Assembly (NCBI RefSeq): GCF_001194135.2
Contig: NC_068982.1
Location: 10,216,466-10,273,530 of the forward strand
Origin: Octopus bimaculoides
Taxonomy: Eukaryota
Length of the DNA stretch: 57,065 bases
Direction of reading: 5' to 3'
A program made the position numbers and the translations under genes. The notes under the pieces are model-generated. The model worked only from the letters and a program-made list of their open reading frames with translations, made no database searches and had not been told where the DNA came from. Numbering within the stretch: position 1 is the first letter of the stretch; each line of letters begins with the position of its first letter. Below are positions 50,561-57,065 of this stretch, piece after piece.

Positions 50561-50850
50561 GATAACGTTCATACAGGTTGCATGAAAAATAGATATTGTT
50601 CATACTGGTGGTGTAGAAAATAAATGTCATTCCCACTGGCTGCATGGAAGATGGATATCATTCATACAGGCTGCATTGAAGTCGGATATCATTCATAGAT
50701 ACCGTGTGAAAGATGGAGAATGTACATATTGCAAGTTGGAAAGATAGATATCATTCAAAAAAGTGGTGCAGAAGATGGATATCTTTCAATCTGTAGGATA
50801 TCATTCATACTGGCAGCGTAAAAGATAGGTATCGTTCATAATGGCTGTCT
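50561..50850. repeat. Degenerate ~31-bp minisatellite
   Basis: Recurring gatatcattcatac.ggctgcat.gaagat.g, about 9 units. Confidence 0.75.
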
Positions 50851-51109
50851 GGATGTGTGTCATAATGTTCCAGCTTGTATGTTTAATCTATCACCTACTT
50901 TATCATTATTACTTGACCTCTGAAGTGTTTTGGGTGCCGTTGGCGGACTCCATCTTATTAAAAATACCTTTTCACTTCCTGTCATCACAGTTGGAGACCT
51001 TGAAATAGGTCATGGACGCTGACCCTACTCACTTTCTGGTTGTCATATAAAAGGAAATAACCGCTAGTTTTATATGTCGTCAAGACTTATTTATTATGAA
51101 TATTTCTAC

Positions 51110-51470
51110 TTCTTTTGTCCGTCTTTATGTTCTGAGTTCAAATGCCACAAAGGTGGACTTTGCCTTCCATCGTTTCGTGGTCGATAATAGACGTACTAGT
51201 TGCGTACTGGGGTCAACGTAATCGACTTAACCCCCTCCCCAGAATTGCTGAATACTGGAGTCGATATAATCGACTTTCCCTTCCCTCAAAACTGCTGGTC
51301 CCGAAACCAATATTTCCTCTTCATTAAGATTATTAACATTCCATAAGGTGGTAATCTGGCAGAATCCTTAGTACGCTGGCTGCCTTTCGTTCTTTCGGGG
51401 TGGATAGAATAAGTACCAGTTGCGTACTGGGGTCGATGTAATTGACCTAATCTCTTCCTCCAAATGTGAG
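51110..51470 (+). mobile_element. SINE type B fragments
   Basis: Two bodies, at 51110-51300 and 51345-51470. Confidence 0.75.
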
Positions 51471-52025
51471 GCGTTGCGCTTCTAGTTGAATAGGTTATTC
51501 TCACTCATGTGCCACATTTTCCATCCTTGTTCACTTTTAACAGGCAACGATTTTTAAAGTCACAAAATGATAATTGTTAGTGAGATAAAGCAGTCGTATT
51601 TATTATTCAAATTATTAATTATTAGACAAGGTTTATTTTTACTGTTTGGTACGAAAGTAAAGATAAGAAATTCTTAGCCTAGCAATTATGAAATAAACCT
51701 TAATTTTAGAACAAAACACAACATTTAGATTATCAAATCTATGATCTGAATCTAAGAATAATCTTCTTCTCAAAGATTCCAGCCATTTCTTATTAAATTT
51801 CAATGAAGAGAATGAAAAATGATGTCTTTTGCTTCTAAAATCACTACTTTTTGCAACTATAAGTTATATTTTATAGCTAAAATCTGCTCTTTGAGAATAA
51901 TTTATTTAAAATATAGCTTATATTTTTTAGACAAGAAAGAAGGCATTGGGACTGGAAAGGGAAAAATAATTATCCTGAAATTGACACTGATCTGAATGTT
52001 TGCAGCTGAATGAACTCATTTAGGG

Positions 52026-52430
52026 GTACCCACCGTTCCAGAGGATGATGTTAAACTGGATACGGCTTAAGTACCCATGTTGCCAGAGAATGGTGTTAAA
52101 CTGTGTACTGGTTAAGGGCCCACGGTGCCAGAGGATGGTGTTAAACTAGGTACGGCTTAAGTACCCACGGTGCCAGAAAATGGTGTTAAACTGGGTACGG
52201 GTTAAGTGCCCACGGTTCCAGAGGATGGTGTTAAACTGTGTACGGGTTAAGTGTCCACGGTGCCAGAGGATGGTGTTAAACTGGGTACGGCTTAAGTACC
52301 CACGGTACCAGAGGATGGTGTTAAACTGTGTACGGTTCAAGTACCCACTGCGCTAGAGGATGGTGTTAAAGTAGGTACGGCTTAAGTAACCACAGTGACA
52401 GAGGATGGTGATAAACTGGATACGGGTTAA
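52026..52430. repeat. 45-bp minisatellite, 9 units
   Basis: Unit gtacccacggtgccagaggatggtgttaaactgggtacggcttaa; units start at 52026 and every 45 bp after, with no indels. Confidence 0.95.
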
Positions 52431-53510
52431 GTCTACCGCCCAAACACCCAAATAGGCCGTATCGGAAACTGAACTCAGAATGAAAAAAAAAAAAAGAAAT
52501 AGAACGAAAATTGAACTCATACTCCCAAGGCTGACTCAGCGTTCATAGAGTCACAGAGTTCCGCAAATCCATCACATTTGATTCTATGAAAGACTAAATT
52601 GAGTTCAGCGGAGAGGGATATTAATTAAGAACGAAGTGACGCGGAACAAATATCACGTGTATTCTATCCAAAGCCACGTTACTAAAATATTTGTAAACCA
52701 GATAATTTTAGCATGTGAAGTGCTATTCTCCGAAATCCCTACATTATACATATGTCTGCGTAGAACCAAACCAAAACTAGAATCCGGCATAAATTGACTA
52801 ATATTTGAAGCCCATACAATGCAATCCCTCTCCTCTTCACTTTTGACTTAAGATTACTTACTGAGCTTTCATCGTCACAAAATTTATTAGTAATCATTGT
52901 TAAAATTGATATCTTTTTATTTCATAATGTTGTTTTTCTAGAGTAGAAAAGAATATATTTTTGCTGTACCAATGTTGACGCTATTTTCGATATCAGATTC
53001 CTCCCATTTGGATTTTTCAAGAAAACTTAATTATAAAAAATTTGTTCTTTACGGAAAATAACATGACGGCTAAAAGCCGAATTTCGGTCTTTCTTCCAAG
53101 CCAATTTTGACCACATTTTGTCTCGTATGCTTCGTGTCACAGCCTCAAATTCTATGAAATTTCAAGAATTAGATTAGTTTCATTGAGACATTCTTATACG
53201 TAAGTGTATTAGAAATGTATTAAAGAAATAAAGAAATTATACAAAAGGTTGCATCCATACGTTACTCTATCATTTTACAACACATTTTATTGTAATATAT
53301 TTTACCCAACTAATATAATATCCATCGCACTTCAAGTGAACTATCATATAATGGGGCAAGGAATTGAATAGGACAGGAATGTAGATACGCTAGCAATGTA
53401 AAAGTTCAACAGAAGAATATTATTTCCCCACTGCATCGGATGAATATACGTACATGTTTNNNNNNNNNNNNNNNNNNNNNNNNNNNNNNNNNNNNNNNNN
53501 NNNNNNNNNN

Positions 53511-53544
<34 letters not shown>

Positions 53545-53984
53545 GACACGCACACATTTATATGCATAAATATACATATATGCATAGGTATATATACATG
53601 TATACATACATAAACTGGGGAACGATATATGTCAATTTATTTACTATATAACAACCCCACCATTTGTGATTTATCTACAGAAACTAAGACAAACAGAAAA
53701 TATATTAGAATAAAAACAAAACGAAGAGAGTAAATTTAAACATTCTGATGTCCTTCCATCTGTTATATTTGACAACTCTCAAACAATAATGTAGAAGCCT
53801 AGCAGAACCAGTTAAACTTGCCAAAAGTCGTGTTATCGATAATATGTAACAATCATTTATCTGTCAAGTGAATTGTTGACTCTAGAAAGACATTTATTTT
53901 AGAAAGGAAAAAATATAGAATGGTACATACCGATATACTCATATTCATACTTATGAAAGATAATTCTACTTAAAGGCCATTGAA

Positions 53985-54600
53985 GCCCACACAGATATCT
54001 CAGGAATCAACCATCGAAAACATCGTTTGACGTTTTTATGTCCTTGTTCCAACAAATGGATGATGTAATCTTGTTTTGTTTGATAAATAGTTTGATAGTA
54101 AAGACTAGAAAAAGAAACGGGAATGAAGTTTCGGCCATTTATTTAAAGAAGATAAGAACTGCACAACATTCTGAACTAGAATGGCTCTCGTAAAGCATAC
54201 TCGTTAGGTCCTTTGTTGTTCAGGGCCGAACGTATAAATACACGCGGAAATTATATCTGTAGGATTCTAGCCGGGAAACGATTCCTTTATGCAAGACCAG
54301 AAGTCGTTCTTGCTGTAGGTCTCCCTCTATCTCACCGTTCAAGCGAAAAAGCAAGAATTTATTTATTTCGTCAGCAGAGTCGCCACTGGTAATCTTAGAA
54401 CACGCGGAAATAAAATCGGCAAATAATTTCGTCCAACACGCCATACTAATAACGATCGGTGCACTTGCTTTTATGATTAAATGCCTCTTTGACAGTCTGG
54501 ATAAGCTTGGATTTTCAGATAAAGAAGTCAACTAACTCGCACATTGCAAATACGATCTGTAAGTGGAAGAGTAAAATTCTGCAAAACTTTTATCAATTTA
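53985..54600 (+). mobile_element. Old, degenerate RLE LINE C-terminal relic
   Basis: ITIGALAFMIKCLFDSLDKLGFSDKEV and QIRSVSGRVKFCKTF align with LIIGTLEYVTHCLNTNLEKVGFSKPEM and QSITGTIKICKAF at 26030-26190. Confidence 0.55.
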
Positions 54601-54659
54601 CATTGTTTTTTTTTTGTTTTTTTTTTTTGTTTTTTTTTTGTAATATACGATTCAACCAA

Positions 54660-54872
54660 GGCGGCGACCTGGCAGAAACGTCAGCACGCCGGGCGAAATG
54701 CTTAGCGGTATTTCGTTTGTCTTTACGTTTTGAGTTCAAATTTCGCCGCGGTCGACTTTACCTTTCGTCCTTTCGGAGTCGATAAATTAAGTACCATTTG
54801 CGTATTGAGGTCGATCTAGTCGACTGGCCCCCTCCCCAAAAATCTCGGGCCTTGTTCCTAGAGTACAAAAGA
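54660..54872 (+). mobile_element. SINE type B, full short-tail copy
   Basis: ggcggcgacctggcagaaacg...gggccttgttcctagagtacaaaag. Confidence 0.9.
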
Positions 54873-55262
54873 ATATACAGTACAACGATGGGGATTTGTA
54901 TTTTTGCTAGAAACCAGCTCCTTCCTCCGAGGACGAATTTAAATAATTAAAAGCAGAAGAGAACATACATACATACATACACACACACACATACATACAT
55001 ACATACATACGTACATACGTACGTACATACATACATACATACATTATAAATGCCAAATAAATATCAATGCATTTCATTGAAAAACAGAATGTGTACATCT
55101 AATAATTTTTTTCAGAGTAAACAGTTTATAACAAGTAATCAACGTCTATGTAACAGGTTGGCGTATCATTAATCAATCCCTTCTTCCTTTCTCGCCCTTT
55201 ACATTCCTACATTCACAGTATTTTAGATAAATAATTTTTAAAATGCAACAACTTTAAAATAA

Positions 55263-55294
<32 letters not shown>

Positions 55295-55599
55295 ACATAA
55301 AAGTATTACGCATTATATATGTGGGTCTATGTCTGTCTGTCTGTATGTATGTATGTAAGAATGCATGTGTGCACATGTGTGCTCGCACACATGGCAGTTA
55401 CTCTACATGTTTATTACCAGACTATACCTTTTTAACAGATACCAAATTATTGGTTTTATCTGATTGTCACATATTGTTTATATTTTATATTTTATATTTT
55501 CACAAAATATTAGCGTTTTCGTTGCTTTTGCTATTATTATGGTAATTAACGTTTCAGAAGCAATAAAACAATTGAAGCGATTGATGATGTTCGATATAA

Positions 55600-56590
55600 A
55601 TCAGAATGAAAAATTGAAACTTTCTGCTGTTAGTGAATTTGTGACTGTCTGGTGGAGATCGCATCGCAGGAATTTATGATCGCATGTAAAATTTGTACCA
55701 GTAAGAATTGTATAAACTCGGCTGGTTTAAATTTCAGTAAACCACCTGAAAGAGATTGGGAGAAAATATCCCTTGAAGACGAATCGCAGAAGAACCTCCG
55801 AAGGAAACGCCATTGCTTCTGGATTAGCTTATAAACAAAATCAACGAAACTAATGAACGACGCGGGAGATGACACACAGTGTGGTAATTTATTTGGCCAT
55901 TTGATTGAATCATTCAGGTGAATACTCGCAGCTCTCAAGTAAGAGGTGATTCCAGAAATAAAGGAAAGAAGTAGGAGATATTTTAAGGAACGCCTGAAGT
56001 TCATGCATGAGAAGTGGAACCTCTTCAAGCGGTGTTTAATAACCAGTTGTGAAAGATCCATCGCTACGACTCGAAGACGAAAGAACAATCGAAGCCTTAA
56101 AAGCATAAACATTCTCTGCCATCCGAGAGATTCAAAGTCGGATCCAGTTCAGGAGGCAAGATCATATGGCTGCACGACTACGACTCTGAGAGTGTGGTCT
56201 TTAATGATTATCTGCAACAGAACACAATACTCACAGGTGCCAAATATTCTGATTTGTAAAACTGTGTCGCAACAGAGTGCTTTGGAATGTTGAGTGCCAT
56301 TTTCCTGAGTTTTCATAACAATGCACCAATTCCTAGGGATCGAGTGTCAAAGACTGCTATTTGTGAACGTTTCTTTCGGACAGGTTATGTAGCAAAATTT
56401 GTTCTTTATGTGTCCAAATTTGAAGCACCAATTCAAAAACAGACAATTCTCCTGCGCTGAAAAGAATGCAATCGAATATAATGCAACAGTTCTTCGCGTA
56501 GAACAAATAGTTCTGAATAAATGGTGTTGAGCAGTTGCAACAAGGATACAAAAGTATCTTTTAGTTCACAATGACTTTGTTGAAAAATGT
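55600..56590 (+). mobile_element. Highly degenerate mariner transposase pseudogene
   Basis: SLEDE (HTH end), HRYDSKTKEQSK, RFKVGSSSGGK...DYLQQNT, FHNNAP, FFMCPNLKHQFKNRQFS and DFVEK occur in mariner order across frameshifts; TIRs not seen. Confidence 0.75.
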
Positions 56591-56659
56591 CTGTATTTGT
56601 CGAAAAGCTAAATAACATTAATTTACTGTCTTCCTACTGTCATGCAAGTATATTTATTT

Positions 56660-56888
56660 ATTTCTTGCGCACAGGGGGGCTAAACATAGATGGGACAAAC
56701 AAGGACAGACAAATGGATTAAGTCGTTTACATCGATCCCAGTGCGTAACTGGTACTTATTTAATCGACTCCGAAAGGATGAAAGGCAAAGTCGACCTCGG
56801 CGGAATTTGAACTCAGGACGTGACACTAGACGAAATACCGCTAAGCATTTCACCTGGCGTGCCAACCGATTTTGCCAGCTCGCTGCCA
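56660..56888 (-). mobile_element. SINE type B, full long-tail copy
   Basis: Colinear with 36017-36245. Confidence 0.9.
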
Positions 56889-56961
56889 TTAAGTATATTG
56901 GGCTCAGAACCCCTGGGGAAATCCTTGGTACACACACACACATACACGCACACACATACAT

Positions 56962-56993
<32 letters not shown>

Positions 56994-57032
56994 GTGTGTG
57001 TGTGTGTTTATGCATATATATGAATATATATG

Positions 57033-57065
<33 letters not shown>

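Noticed and set aside
52026-52430. CRISPR-like regular repeat
   Set aside because: Units are contiguous with no unique spacers, no cas genes, and the context is eukaryotic
54220-54531. 103-aa minus-strand ORF as a host exon
   Set aside because: It is antisense to a degenerate RLE LINE relic on the + strand
55630-56293. 160-aa and 115-aa ORFs
   Set aside because: They are antisense or partial frames of the decayed mariner transposase

Overview
AT-rich, gap-containing eukaryotic DNA packed with microsatellites and transposable-element relics. The SINE families and repeat landscape suggest an octopus/coleoid cephalopod genome; this is an inference from recalled repeat families, not a database match. 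No host protein-coding gene can be supported, and most ORF-track entries are microsatellite, N-gap or transposon artefacts. Recognisable content: four tRNA-headed SINE types, fragments of Tx1/L1, CR1, RTE and two restriction-like-endonuclease (RLE; R4/Dong-like and a second family) LINEs, a DD36E Tc1 element, several mariners, Tc2/pogo-, piggyBac- and hAT-like MITEs, and 24-, 31- and 45-bp minisatellites. The standout signal is RNA-structural. There are nine minimal type-I hammerhead-ribozyme (HHR) motifs from about six unrelated short repeat families, seven of them within 2.1-9.4 kb. Most have a self-complementary stem III, which implies dimer-dependent cleavage, and most lie in short elements that end in microsatellites. 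One sits exactly at the apex of a 404-nt rod-like foldback (5009-5412) whose transition mismatches all form G-U pairs on the ribozyme strand. All ribozyme calls come from manual folding and none is experimentally verified.
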